NCBI GenBank assembly: GCA_965215365.1
Contig: CBDCDS010000003.1
Span: 736,001-800,000 of the forward strand
Direction: 5' to 3'
DNA: 64,000 bases
DNA from: Gammaproteobacteria bacterium
GTDB lineage: Bacteria; Pseudomonadota; Gammaproteobacteria; Eutrophobiales; Eutrophobiaceae
Positions 35,175 through 45,516 of the stretch are shown piece after piece. Under the pieces are notes generated by a model, which searched no databases, was not told where the DNA came from, and was given only the letters and a program-made list of their open reading frames with translations. Every line of letters starts with the position of its first letter. Position 1 is the stretch's first letter. Made by a program: the position numbers and the translations under genes.

Positions 35175-35618
35175 CTACTCCGTAAAAAACTGCTGCTGAA
35201 ACGAGAAGCTCAAGGCGACGGACTCGCCCTCGGGGATGATGCTCAGCTCGAAGTTCAGCGTCTCCTCGTTACTCACGGACGTTTCGGCGATGTAGTAGAG
35301 GGCCCCGTTGCTGCTTAACTCGCGGGTGTTCAGGGTTTTCAGCTGCCGGTTCAGATTGGTGGCCGTGGCCTGCACCTGCGCCGGCACCGGCTGTCCGGTG
35401 GTGCCCAGCACTTTTTTCAGCACGCTGACGTTGAGGATCGCGCGATTTTTACTGCGACGAATCTTGTACAGCCGGGCCACCTCAGGCGATAACATGTCCG
35501 TGGTAAAGGCCGCGTAGTGGATGGTGTAATCGCCGAATGATTTTGACTGCTCGGCATTGGCAGCCGGGCCGCCGATCATTACCAGGGTTGTGATCAGGGC
35601 AACGATAATGCGAGACAT
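35175..35618 (-). CDS. DUF4426 exported protein
   Basis: Signal peptide; HYAAFTT..L.PEVARLY.IRRSKNRA.LN; AlyYIA; usual neighbour of yggT. Confidence 0.8.
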   Translation of the reverse strand: MSRIIVALITTLVMIGGPAANAEQSKSFGDYTIHYAAFTTDMLSPEVARLYKIRRSKNRAILNVSVLKKVLGTTGQPVPAQVQATATNLNRQLKTLNTRELSSNGALYYIAETSVSNEETLNFELSIIPEGESVALSFSFQQQFFTE

Positions 35619-35680
35619 GGGATGCTCCGTGTTACTGGAACCTCAAGCATACTACACCCGAGGCACCACTGGCAACAGGC

Positions 35681-36814
35681 TGTCCAGGTTCAATACCTAT
35701 GAGACTCAGAGGCAGGCTGTGTGAGTTGTTGATAATACTCCATTGGGGTTAATAAACCAATACCGTTATGCGGGCGGTAGGTATTGTAGTATTGCTGATA
35801 CTCTGCCAGTTTGCGGTTGATGGCGGCCACGGTCAGTGGACCCTCGTAGAACGGATAGAACTCATAGCGGCTGGTGGCATTGGCGCGTTCTACACAGCCG
35901 TTGTATTCGGGTTTTTTCGGGGGCAGCACGTACAGGGGGATTCCTAAGTCCTGGCAAGCCTGCTCGAACTCATCTCGGAACTCCGAGCCGCCATCGACCT
36001 GGATAGAACGGATGGGAAACGGCGCCTCTTGGCACAGCGCTTTTAAGAAGCGCCGGGCATTGCCACTGGTGGCCCGACTGTAGGCTCGCAGCGCACTCCA
36101 TTTGCTCACCGGACAGACGGCCTTGAACTCCTTCACCGTGATGCCGTCCGTGAAGCCGACACTCATGTGGTCTATCTGCATCAACTCCCCTGGCGCCTTA
36201 GCCTTCATCCCGTAGCGCCAGCGCTTGGCATGATGGGTAAACGCCCGGCGGCGCTTAGGCTTCACCCGGCCATAGTAAAACGCCACCGGCTTGACCCGAC
36301 CCAGCCGCACCCGCTTCGCCACGATGCGCCCGACCGTACTCTCGCTCAAAGTCCAGCCCTGCTCGCGCACCCCCACCCGCCAGAGCTTACGCTTACCCCA
36401 TAACGGATAACGTTGGCGAAGGTGCAAGACCTGCTGCTCGTGCTGGCGCGTCCATTGCGGCACACGCCGCCGCCGCGGCGCACGAGAGCCACACCCCAGA
36501 CCCTTCAGCCCATGTTCACGATACCGCTTCAACCAACGGTAGTAGGTCGCCCTCGACCAACCTACTGCTGCCAGTGCCGTCGCCTCACCACACCCATCCT
36601 CGCGTAACGTCGCAACTAATTCCAACTGCTTCAAACGACCGAGCGCGTCAGCATCGGTAGTATCATCGACGCGCCAACTGCGATATGATTTCACCCGCTT
36701 ACCTTTTGATCTGCATCGGGTAGTCCTCCTGTGTCAATTAGTTGAGATTAATTCACACACTTAACTACCCGATTTCTTTATCTAAAGAGTCTCACTTGTT
36801 TCTGAACCTGGACA
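35681..36814 (-). mobile_element. IS481-family element, copy 1 (full length; N-terminal lesion in transposase)
   Basis: TGT...ACA ends; HTH + rve DDE (QIDH, QVDGGSEF, NGCVER); ATG CAG ATC AAA AGG TAA early stop relative to copy 3. Confidence 0.9.
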
Positions 36815-36847
36815 CCTTGCCGAAACTGGGTATTGAGTGAACATTCA

Positions 36848-37753
36848 TCATTGCCATACCGGATGCTCCATCCAGTTTTCAGGTACTCCCATAGCTGCCC
36901 GCCATTTCTTGTCCTCCGCGATGGGCTTAAGCAGGTGGTCACATTGGTGTTTCCACTCATTGCTATCGTGAGCCCTTCGTAGCAAGTGTCGAAGCATTAA
37001 AAGAACAAAAAAAAGCCTGTTATTACGAGGGGTCAAGGGTGGATTCCAGTCTATCGCGCGCATTTTGCCTGGGCGAATTGCGAGTTCCCTGTTCCACAGG
37101 CGTCCGTGGTGTGAGCAGATATTGCGAATATAGGTGAGGGCATGAAGCCAGTCAGCCAGACACTTATGATGGAGTGAAAATTCATCAGAGATACTTCTCT
37201 TATCGTCATTTTTCAACCCCCAATAACCTCTGGATAAGCTGCCAAGCGACATCACCTCCGTGGCCATCCAAATCGGCAGAGTGGGAAATCCGGTGTAATT
37301 ATCTTTATAGTGAGCAATAAACACATCCTTGGATCCGGCAGTATCTTTCTCAAGTTTTTGTAGCCAGAGAGCATGATCGAATTTAGGATAAAAGTTCGCA
37401 GGTCTGGTATGTCCAAACGTACCGTACCTGTGACCTACCTGATAGGTAAATAATGCGCGCGCGCATACCTCAATGCGTTCAATAGCATCCATCACCAGGA
37501 GGCGCAACCGGCGATCAAACTCGTATAAACTGATGACCTCATCGAATTGAGAGCCTTCCTCAAAATCATCTGTAATGGTGCCGTCCCGCGTCTTCTTGCG
37601 GAGGGGGTGCCAGTAGGCACTCAGACGGTAATAACCGATGGTCCTCAGATGGGATAACGTCCGACTATCATCATCAATGATCAGTCCCCGGTTTTTCAGC
37701 TGTTGTAGTTGCTGTGCAAACGTGAGGGGAGATTTTTTGTAGACTTCTGCCAC
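36848..37753 (-). CDS. AbiD/AbiF-family (Abi_2) HEPN abortive-infection protein
   Basis: LKNRGL, IGYYRLSAY, LYEFDRRLR, IERIE, RNICSHHGRLWNR (RxxxxH). Confidence 0.9.
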   Translation of the reverse strand: MAEVYKKSPLTFAQQLQQLKNRGLIIDDDSRTLSHLRTIGYYRLSAYWHPLRKKTRDGTITDDFEEGSQFDEVISLYEFDRRLRLLVMDAIERIEVCARALFTYQVGHRYGTFGHTRPANFYPKFDHALWLQKLEKDTAGSKDVFIAHYKDNYTGFPTLPIWMATEVMSLGSLSRGYWGLKNDDKRSISDEFSLHHKCLADWLHALTYIRNICSHHGRLWNRELAIRPGKMRAIDWNPPLTPRNNRLFFVLLMLRHLLRRAHDSNEWKHQCDHLLKPIAEDKKWRAAMGVPENWMEHPVWQ

Positions 37754-37775
37754 CAGAGGGTCTCGAAATACAGGC

Positions 37776-37860
37776 AAAAAAAAGCCGCCAAGGTTGCGCA
37801 TAAACAGCAGCTTCAACGATTGAAGCTGATTGCTGCGTTCAGAGGCGTGACGGCTGTGTT
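37776..37860 (-). ncRNA. Putative abiF-associated structured RNA
   Basis: AGCCGTCA/TGGCGGCT closing stem, inner CGCA/TGCG and CAGCTTCAA/TTGAAGCTG stems, U-tract; lies between promoter and AbiF start. Confidence 0.65.
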
Positions 37861-37866
37861 AGTTGG

Positions 37867-37895
37867 ATTATAGTGCAAATGCGCGACAGTTTCAA
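37867..37895 (-). promoter_or_regulatory. Sigma70 promoter of the RNA-abiF unit
   Basis: TTGAAA-17 nt-TATAAT. Confidence 0.75.
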
Positions 37896-37901
37896 CACTT
37901 G

Positions 37902-38676
37902 TGTCCAGGTTCAATACCTATGAGACTGTGCTGTGTGAGTTGTTGATAATACTCCATTGGGGTTAATAGACCCATACCGTCATGCGGGCGGTAGGTACGG
38001 TCACGCCGTCCGTGAAGCCGACACTCATGGGGTCTATCTGCATCAACTCCCCTGGCGCCTTAGCCTTCATCCCGTAGCGCCAGCGCTTGGCATGATGGGT
38101 AAACGCCCGGCGGCGCTTAGGCTTCACCCGGCCATAGTAAAACGCCACCGGCTTGACCCGACCTAGCCGCACCAGCTTCGCCACGATGCGCCCGACCGTA
38201 CTCTCGCTCAAAGTCCAGCCCTGCTCGCGCACCCCCACCCGCCAGAGCTTACGCTTACCCCACAACGGATAACGTTGGCGAAGGTGCAAGACCTGCTGCT
38301 CGTGCTGGCGCGTCCATTGCGGCACACGCCGCCGCCGCGGCGCACGAGAGCCACACCCCAGACCCTTCAGCCCATGTTCACGATACCGCTTCAACCAACG
38401 GTAGTAGGTCGCCCTCGACCCACCTACTGCTGCCAGTGCCGTCGCCTCACCACACCCATCCTCGCGTAACGTCGCAACCAATTCCAACTGCTTCAAACGA
38501 CCGCGCGCGTCAGCATCGGTAGTATCATCCACGCGCCAACTGCGATATGATTTCACCCGCTTACCTTTTGATCTGCATCGGGTAGTCCTCCTGTGTAAGT
38601 TAATCGAAATCACTTTACACACTTAACTACCCGATTTCTTTATCTAAAGAGTCTCACTTGTTTCTGAACCCGGACA
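37902..38676 (-). mobile_element. IS481-family element, copy 2 (internally deleted)
   Basis: Both ends present; catalytic core largely missing; otherwise nearly identical to copy 1. Confidence 0.88.
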
Positions 38677-38695
38677 AAACCGGCGAATACACTGC

Positions 38696-39277
38696 TCACA
38701 GGGCCAGCGCCCGTCCCAAGTCGGCCAGCGGCCGCACCAGCAGTATCAACGACAGCTGCAGGAAGACAAACACCAGGACCGGGGAGAAATCGATACCCTG
38801 AACGGCCGGTAACACCCTGCGCGCAGGGCCCAGCAAGGGCTCGGAGAGCTGGCTCAGCAGCGCGGTCATGGGGTTATAGGCGCCGGGGTTGACCCAGCTG
38901 AGAATAATCTGCACGAAAATGACGAACATGAAGATGTAGATGATCAGCCGCATGAGTTCGGCCACGCTGAGCAGCAGCAGGCCGGATGGGGCTAGGAATG
39001 TTCCATAAGCAAGCAGACCGGCAACAAACAGCTTGAGGCACTGTAGCGCGACCATGAGGATGATGCAGGACCAGTCAACCCCACCAAACCCCGGCGCCAC
39101 GCGGCGCAGCGGGCGCAACGGCGGGTCAGTCACCCGTAACAGGAATTGCGAGAGGGGGTTGCGGGCATCGGCCCGCACCGTCTGCAACAAAAAGCGCAAC
39201 GTGACCAGCAGGATGTACAAGGCAAACACGGTATTGACCAGATACAGCAGGGCCTCGGACGTATATGAGTTAACCAT
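38696..39277 (-). CDS. yggT: YggT family membrane protein
   Basis: NPLSQFLLRVTDP.LRPLRR, ILSWVNP, IDFSP. Confidence 0.92.
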   Translation of the reverse strand: MVNSYTSEALLYLVNTVFALYILLVTLRFLLQTVRADARNPLSQFLLRVTDPPLRPLRRVAPGFGGVDWSCIILMVALQCLKLFVAGLLAYGTFLAPSGLLLLSVAELMRLIIYIFMFVIFVQIILSWVNPGAYNPMTALLSQLSEPLLGPARRVLPAVQGIDFSPVLVFVFLQLSLILLVRPLADLGRALAL

Positions 39278-39280
39278 GGT

Positions 39281-40102
39281 TCAAGCCAGCGGGCCGGCCA
39301 GCTCCAGCGAGCGTTGCCGCGCGGCCGTCAGCGCCTGCCGCAGCAACGCCTCCAACCCTTGTTCCTGAAATACCTGCAAGGCCTGTTCCGTAGTGCCGCC
39401 GGGGGAAGTGACCCGCTGCCGGAGGGTGGCCGCCGGTTCGCCGGTTTCCTTCAGCATCCGCGCCGCCCCCAGCGCGGTTTCCACGCTCAGCAGGCGCGCC
39501 TGTTGTTCGGACAGGCCCAGCTCGCCGGCAATTTTTTCCAGCAGTTCCACGATCAGGAAAAAATAAGCAGGCCCGCTGCCGGAGACGGCAGTGACGCTGT
39601 CGAGCAACGCTTCCTCGGCCAGCCAGACCGTGACGCCGACCGCCTGCATAATGCGCGCGGCACTATCGCGCGGCGCGGCACTGACATCGGTGCCGGCGTA
39701 CAGGCCGGTGGCGCCGGCGCGCAACAATGCCGGCGTATTGGGCATGGCGCGCACTACCGGACAGACTCCGCCCAAGGCCGCCCGGATGGTCGCGCAGCGC
39801 ACCCCGGCAACGATGGACAACACCAGCGGCGACCTGTTTTGCAGAGCTTGTTGCAGTTCGGCCAGCGCCGCCGGGAGCGTCTGCGGCTTCACCGCCAGCA
39901 CGATAATGTCGGCGTCGGCGACCCCTTCGGCTAGCGCCGCCACCGTGCGTATCGCGCAACGCTGTGCCAGCCGGCGCCGCTGGGCTTCATCCGGGTCAAC
40001 GCCACACAGAGAGGACGCAGGATACCCGTTCGCAATGAGACCGCCGACAAGACTGGCCCCCATATTGCCACAGCCAAGAAAGGTGACATTCTGATCCTGC
40101 AT
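39281..40102 (-). CDS. proC: Pyrroline-5-carboxylate reductase
   Basis: GCGNMG, LAVKPQ, RAMPNTP, SGSGPAY, VTSPGGTT. Confidence 0.96.
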   Translation of the reverse strand: MQDQNVTFLGCGNMGASLVGGLIANGYPASSLCGVDPDEAQRRRLAQRCAIRTVAALAEGVADADIIVLAVKPQTLPAALAELQQALQNRSPLVLSIVAGVRCATIRAALGGVCPVVRAMPNTPALLRAGATGLYAGTDVSAAPRDSAARIMQAVGVTVWLAEEALLDSVTAVSGSGPAYFFLIVELLEKIAGELGLSEQQARLLSVETALGAARMLKETGEPAATLRQRVTSPGGTTEQALQVFQEQGLEALLRQALTAARQRSLELAGPLA

Positions 40103-40161
40103 GAGGAAACATCATAGCAGGATTTATACGTAGCGACAGAAATAGTGCCGGAATGACGACC

Positions 40162-40178
40162 AGGGGGCGAGTAGTTAC
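40162..40178. repeat. Solo IS66 terminal inverted repeat
   Basis: AGGGGGCGAGTAGTTAC, identical to 55901-55917. Confidence 0.7.
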
Positions 40179-40187
40179 AGCCGTGGC

Positions 40188-40871
40188 TCACTTGCGCGGC
40201 CCGAACAGCGCGGTACCGATCCGCACCAGGGTTGCGCCCTCGGCAATGGCGGCGCGCATGTCGTTGGTGGTCCCCATGGATAAGGTATCGAGAGTGAAAC
40301 CCCGGTCGATGAGCCGTTCCTGCGCCTGCCGCAGCTGCGCAAAGGCGCGCCGCTGCACAGTAAAATCAGCCGCCGGCGCCGGCAGCGCCATCAGCCCCCT
40401 CAGCCGCAACCGGGGCAACGCGCAAATCTGCTCCGCCAACGCTTCCAGCGCGTCCGGGGCGACGCCGGACTTGCTCGTCTCGGCGTCAATATTAACCTGT
40501 ATGCACACGTTCAGCGGCGGCAGGCCGGGCGCACGCGCGGTATCTAGTCGCGTGGCAATGCGCCCGCGCGCCAGCGAGTGTACCCAATCGAAACAGGCGG
40601 CGATGGCGCCGGTCTTGTTGGACTGCGCCGGGCCGATAAAATGCCAACCAAGCGACTGCTCAGACAGTTGTTTGAGCTTGCCCTGCGCCTCCTGTACATA
40701 GTTCTCCCCGAAGTCCGTCACCCCCAGCTGCGCCAGCGCCCGCACTGCGTCGGCGCCCCGGGTCTTGCTTACCGCCAGCAATTTCACACTCCCGGCTTCC
40801 CGCCCGAACTCCCGCTCTGCTTTTGCTATCTCCCGGCGCACCCGTTGCAAACGCTCAGGTAAATCATTCAT
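40188..40871 (-). CDS. yggS: PLP homeostasis protein
   Basis: LLAVSKT, FGENYVQE, WHFIG, LSMG, VRIGTALFG. Confidence 0.96.
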   Translation of the reverse strand: MNDLPERLQRVRREIAKAEREFGREAGSVKLLAVSKTRGADAVRALAQLGVTDFGENYVQEAQGKLKQLSEQSLGWHFIGPAQSNKTGAIAACFDWVHSLARGRIATRLDTARAPGLPPLNVCIQVNIDAETSKSGVAPDALEALAEQICALPRLRLRGLMALPAPAADFTVQRRAFAQLRQAQERLIDRGFTLDTLSMGTTNDMRAAIAEGATLVRIGTALFGPRK

Positions 40872-41136
40872 GGTGTCAGTCTAAACCGTTAGCGGCGCCA
40901 GCTGAACTTTCATGCTCAGTCCACTGCACACCTCGCCGTTCGTCGTAGCGGTCCGCCGCCGATAATTACCACTTGGTGTTCGCATTTGGCTATACTATAC
41001 GCGGGAGTATCATCAGGGTGCCTCTGAAAACCGGAGGTTCCTGCGGTTCGGCTTCGAGGTCGGGCATCACCCGGCCCCATAAAGGCGCCTCTAAAGTTAG
41101 AGGTCACCGTACTATTCACCGGATCATTATAATGTC

Positions 41137-42081
41137 ATGTCGGTAAAATTGTTGCCCCGATTGCTGCTTGCCGGCGCGCTGGCTGCGACCGGGCTGAGCG
41201 GCGCCTTAGTAGTCATGGCCTCGCCGGCCGCACAACTCACCTCCATCCCCGGCAAACTGGTGGATGTGGGCGGTTTTCGCCTGCATATCCACTGTGTCGG
41301 CCAGGGCGCGCCGGCGATCATTCTTGATTCGGGGGTCGGCGGTTTTTCCCTGGAATGGACCCGTATCCAGGATGCGCTGGGGCGCCGCACCCGAGTCTGC
41401 TCCTACGACCGGGCCGGCTACGGCTGGAGTGATCTCGGGCCGTTGCCCAGAACCAGCAAACGTATCGCCCGGGAACTGCATACCTTGCTGCAAAAAGCCG
41501 ATGTGGCCGGCCCCTATATTCTGGCCGGACATTCATTCGGCGGTTACAACGCGCAGTTATTTGCCAGAAATTACCCGGACGAGACGGCCGGACTGGTGCT
41601 GATAGACGCCTCCCACCCGGAACAGATCGAGCGCTTGCCAAAGCGCAACCCGGGCACGACCAAAAAGGCCAGACCGAGGTCAAGCAGCCATGTCGTGTCC
41701 TGGTTTTTCCCGCACCCTAACTTTCCCGATGAAAATGCACTGATGGCCCAACGCATCATGCAGGGCTGGCAACACAAGACTACCTGGCGCGAGGAAATGA
41801 CGGTATTCTCAGTCAGCGCCAAACAGGTGCAGACTTCCAGGCCGATGCCGGAAGTGCCGGTGGTGGTGCTCACCCGCGGCCGCAGCTTCTGGCCCAACTA
41901 CGCCAACGGCGACGAAACGGAACGCATCTGGCTGGAACTCCAGACCGAACTGTCAGAACTCGGCTCCAACCCGGTACACCTGATCGCCCAACGCAGCGGC
42001 CACGTCATCCACTTGGACCAACCCGACATCGTCATCACCGCCATGGAAACCATGCTGGACGCAAATTTTTCCGGGAAGTGA
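41137..42081 (+). CDS. Alpha/beta hydrolase, probably exported or membrane-anchored
   Basis: YDRAGYGWS, GHSFGG nucleophile elbow, SGHVIH. Confidence 0.88.
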   Translation: MSVKLLPRLLLAGALAATGLSGALVVMASPAAQLTSIPGKLVDVGGFRLHIHCVGQGAPAIILDSGVGGFSLEWTRIQDALGRRTRVCSYDRAGYGWSDLGPLPRTSKRIARELHTLLQKADVAGPYILAGHSFGGYNAQLFARNYPDETAGLVLIDASHPEQIERLPKRNPGTTKKARPRSSSHVVSWFFPHPNFPDENALMAQRIMQGWQHKTTWREEMTVFSVSAKQVQTSRPMPEVPVVVLTRGRSFWPNYANGDETERIWLELQTELSELGSNPVHLIAQRSGHVIHLDQPDIVITAMETMLDANFSGK

Positions 42082-42127
42082 TGGCTGTTGTCAGGGTGTT
42101 ATAGCGGCATACTGAAAGAAGAAAACC

Positions 42128-42364
42128 ATGTCCCAGGAAAGCGAACTACTACAGCGCATCACCATGCGGCCGGATGTCTTCGGTGGCAAACCAATCATCC
42201 GCGACATGCGCATCGCCGTAGAGCACATCCTAGCCAATCTGGCCGCAGGGGAAACAGTCGAAAGCCTGCTCAAGGAATACCCGTTCCTGGAAACGGAAGA
42301 CATCCAAGCCTGCCTGCTGTTTGCCCACCGCTCATTGGCGGGGGAAATTGATAGAAAGCTCTAA
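42128..42364 (+). CDS. DUF433 antitoxin-like protein (no adjacent toxin)
   Basis: RIT..P.VFGGKPIIR..RI.VE.IL...YP.LE.EDI.ACL. Confidence 0.85.
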   Translation: MSQESELLQRITMRPDVFGGKPIIRDMRIAVEHILANLAAGETVESLLKEYPFLETEDIQACLLFAHRSLAGEIDRKL

Positions 42365-42749
42365 AAAAGGAGAGCTATCATCCGCCGAGCTAATTCTACT
42401 GAACAAGCTGGACCTGGCACAGCTGCACCAGTTTGAATTAGCGGCAAAACTTTCCGTGTCACTCATTGGAGATTGGTTGACAAAATATAAATTCAAGAAC
42501 TGGGAAAAGAGCGAATCCCACAAACAAGAAAGGGCTAAAGAGATTGCAGAAAAGTTGAATGATCACCAAAGGTGGTATACTCATGGTTCAAGTATTCACA
42601 AAGACATTCTGGAGCGGGACCTCCGTTTGAGAATTAATGATTATGGCGAAGACACTCGGCTGAAGCAGTTAGTTTGGAGTTATTTCTGGTCTCTTGCGGA
42701 ATATGCGGGTGCCGGGGGATTCATCATACATAGCCGGATATTTATATGA
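42350..42749 (+). pseudogene. C-terminal fragment of an SDH/ClpP-class serine protease-like protein
   Basis: WLTKYKFKNW...RAKEIAEKL...WYTHG..I; no N-terminus; left boundary approximate. Confidence 0.55.
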
Positions 42750-42955
42750 GCACACACCAAGAAAACCGCTTTATCCAAGAGGTTGAAACTGTAATTCAGA
42801 ATAATCCGAACATCGATATGGAATTGATTAACGAGTGGCATAAAATGGAGGCAATATTGGAAAAAATTCCGCTGCTACCGACGGAGTCAAATGAGAAACA
42901 GCAGGCCCGTTTGCAACGGATTCCGCTGAGGTTGTTCGGGCGGCAGGACTGTTAA
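42746..42955 (+). CDS. Hypothetical protein
   Basis: 69-aa ORF with ATGA overlap to the previous frame. Confidence 0.4.
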   Translation: MSTHQENRFIQEVETVIQNNPNIDMELINEWHKMEAILEKIPLLPTESNEKQQARLQRIPLRLFGRQDC

Positions 42956-42958
42956 GCC

Positions 42959-43553
42959 TTACCTGCCACCTTTCCCACCATGCACGCTCGGCTCGTTGCA
43001 CCATTGGCGGCGGATTAAGTCGAAGCCTTCTGTAACCGGGGGAGCAATTCCAAGCAGGTTGAATATTGCGTTATCCAGGACGATGCGGTTGTGGTCCTGG
43101 CAGGCTTCATTTGCGGGTAAGAATGTTGTTTTTTCGAATCGTTTGCACAGCTCATTCCATGAATTGAAACGGGTCTGGTCGAATTGCCGTGTATCCAGTA
43201 TGAGAAGTGACGGTAGGGCGCTTATTGTTACGCGAGTTCTACCCAGTTGTTGTCGAGTGCCGCCCCACCAGTAACTCATCAACCCCAGGGTCGAGTTGAA
43301 CCAGAGCAGAATCACGCTTTGTGAAGCATCATCCGCTGGGATGAAGTTCGGCCAGGCTGTTCCTCCGACAGATTTTTCCGGTGTGAAACAGGCTGCAAGG
43401 CTTTGGGAATTTAACTGAAAGTCCAGTGTCAGATGAAGTCGAGAAACAGAGTGTTCCCAGATATTAGCAGATCGTTCTGCCTGCCCGGGGCGGACTCCCA
43501 GTTCGCAATCAGGTTGAACGATGAACGACCGTTCCTGCTCTGCATCATGATTC
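42959..43553 (-). pseudogene. C-terminal fragment of a large RM methyltransferase-like protein
   Basis: DFQLNSQSL...GGTAWP...LWFNSTLG...WCNEPSVHGGK; truncated at a MITE end. Confidence 0.5.
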
Positions 43554-43591
43554 CACAAGGCAACAAGCGACTTGGTGAGATATGCGGGTTA
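43554..43591. repeat. Partial end of the CCCGCA-family MITE
   Basis: CAAGGCAACAAGCGACTTGGTGAGATATGCGGGTTA, reverse complement of the array unit start. Confidence 0.8.
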
Positions 43592-43610
43592 ATCAGATGA
43601 AGCTTCGTAT

Positions 43611-44742
43611 TGTCCGGGTTCAGAAACAAGTGAGACTCTTTAGATAAAGAAATCGGGTAGTCTGTGTGTGAATTAATCTCAACTAATTGACACAGGAGGA
43701 CTACCCGATGCAGATCAAAAGCCTGCGGGTGAAATCATATCGCAGTTGGCGCGTCGATGATACTACCGATGCTGACGCGCGCGGTCGTTTGAAGCAGTTG
43801 GAATTGGTTGCGACGTTACGCGAGGATGGGTGTGGTGAGGCGACGGCACTGGCAGCAGTAGGTTGGTCGAGGGCGACCTACTACCGTTGGTTGAAGCGGT
43901 ATCGTGAACATGGGCTGAAGGGTCTGGGGTGTGGCTCTCGTGCGCCGCGGCGGCGGCGTGTGCCGCAATGGACGCGCCAGCACGAGCAGCAGGTCTTGCA
44001 CCTTCGCCAACGTTATCCGTTATGGGGTAAGCGTAAGCTCTGGCGGGTGGGGGTGCGCGAGCAGGGCTGGACTTTGAGCGAGAGTACGGTCGGGCGCATC
44101 GTGGCGAAGCTGGTGCGGCTGGGTCGGGTCAAGCCGGTGGCGTTTTACTATGGCCGGGTGAAGCCTAAGCGCCGCCGGGCGTTTACCCATCATGCCAAGC
44201 GCTGGCGCTACGGGATGAAGGCTAAGGCGCCAGGGGAGTTGATGCAGATAGACCACATGAGTGTCGGCTTCACGGACGGCATCACGGTGAAGGAGTTCAA
44301 GGCCGTCTGTCCGGTGAGCAAATGGAGTGCGCTGCGAGCCTACAGTCGGGCCACCAGTGGCAATGCCCGGCGCTTCTTAAAAGCGCTGCTCGGTGAGGCG
44401 CCGTTTCCCATCCGTTCTATCCAGGTCGATGGCGGCTCGGAGTTCCGAGATGAGTTCGAGCAGGCTTGCCAGGACTTAGGAATCCCCCTGTACGTGCTGC
44501 CCCCGAAAAAACCCGAATACAACGGCTGTGTAGAACGCGCCAATGCCACCAGCCGCTATGAGTTCTATCCGTTCTACGAGGGCCCACTGACCGTGGCCGC
44601 CATCAACCGCAAACTGGCAGAGTATCAGCAATACTACAATACCTACCGCCCGCATGACGGTATTGGTTTATTAACCCCAATGGAGTATTATCAACAACTC
44701 ACACAGCCTGCCTCTGAGTCTCATATGTATTGAACCTGGACA
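43611..44742 (+). mobile_element. IS481-family element, copy 3 (intact; transposase about 43708-44733)
   Basis: TGT...ACA ends, 5-bp TSD CGTAT, uninterrupted DDE transposase. Confidence 0.93.
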
Positions 44743-44833
44743 CGTATGTTGATGAAAGCATTTGGTTGATATACCCTGTGCGCGGTCACTTGAATATTGT
44801 CCGACTCGTCTTTGAAAGTCATGAGGTATTAAC

Positions 44834-45040
44834 ATGAATTTTACGGCAGTTGTTGAGCGCTGCAAGGAAACGGGGCTTTATGTAGGCTATGTGCCGGGTT
44901 TTACAGGCGCTCATTCTCAGGGAAAAACCCTCGATGAACTGAATAAGAACCTGCATGAAGTCATGGCCCTGTTGCTGGAAGACGGTACACCTGAACTGGG
45001 AACCGAGTTTGTAGGAACGCAACAAATCGCTATAGCCTGA
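44834..45040 (+). CDS. HicB-family antitoxin (short form)
   Basis: YVGYVPGFTGAHSQGKTLDEL..NL.EV. Confidence 0.88.
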   Translation: MNFTAVVERCKETGLYVGYVPGFTGAHSQGKTLDELNKNLHEVMALLLEDGTPELGTEFVGTQQIAIA

Positions 45041-45043
45041 AAA

Positions 45044-45274
45044 GTGTCAAAAGTTCCGGTTCTCAAACCGCAAGAGGTAATGCGCCTGCTAATCTCTGCG
45101 GGTTTTAAGGAAACAAGACGCCGTGGCTCCCACAGGCAGTTTCGTCACCCTGACGGCAGGGCAACAACCATCCCATTCCACAAAGGTCGTGATATTTCTC
45201 CAATTTTACTACGACAGGTCGCAAAGGATATTGAGCTTACCCTGGATAAGTTTCTTGGTGGGAACTTCGGTTGA
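45044..45274 (+). CDS. HicA-family mRNA interferase toxin
   Basis: GF.E.RRRGSHRQFRHPDGR.TTIPFH. Confidence 0.9.
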   Translation: MSKVPVLKPQEVMRLLISAGFKETRRRGSHRQFRHPDGRATTIPFHKGRDISPILLRQVAKDIELTLDKFLGGNFG

Positions 45275-45410
45275 TAACCCGCCGATATATGCGATTTAAC
45301 AAATGAGTCCGAATTGTAAGGCGCTTGGGAAAGGCAGGCAGTTCACCGGGTAGTAAGGAAATATCTCTGTTCATTAAGCCCCTGTAACAGGGCTTATCCT
45401 CGGCGTGAAA

Positions 45411-45486
45411 TGGCGCTCCCTAGGGGAATCGAACCCCTGTTTCCGGCGTGAGAGGCCAGCGTCCTGGGCCACTAGACGAAGGGAGC
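45411..45486 (-). tRNA. tRNA-Glu (anticodon CTC)
   Basis: GCTCCCTTCGTCTAGTGGCCCAGGACGCTGGCCTCTCACGCCGGAAACAGGGGTTCGATTCCCCTAGGGAGCGCCA; 76-nt cloverleaf with encoded CCA. Confidence 0.95.
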
Positions 45487-45516
45487 GGGTGTGGTTTTGT
45501 AGTATAATAGCAGTCT

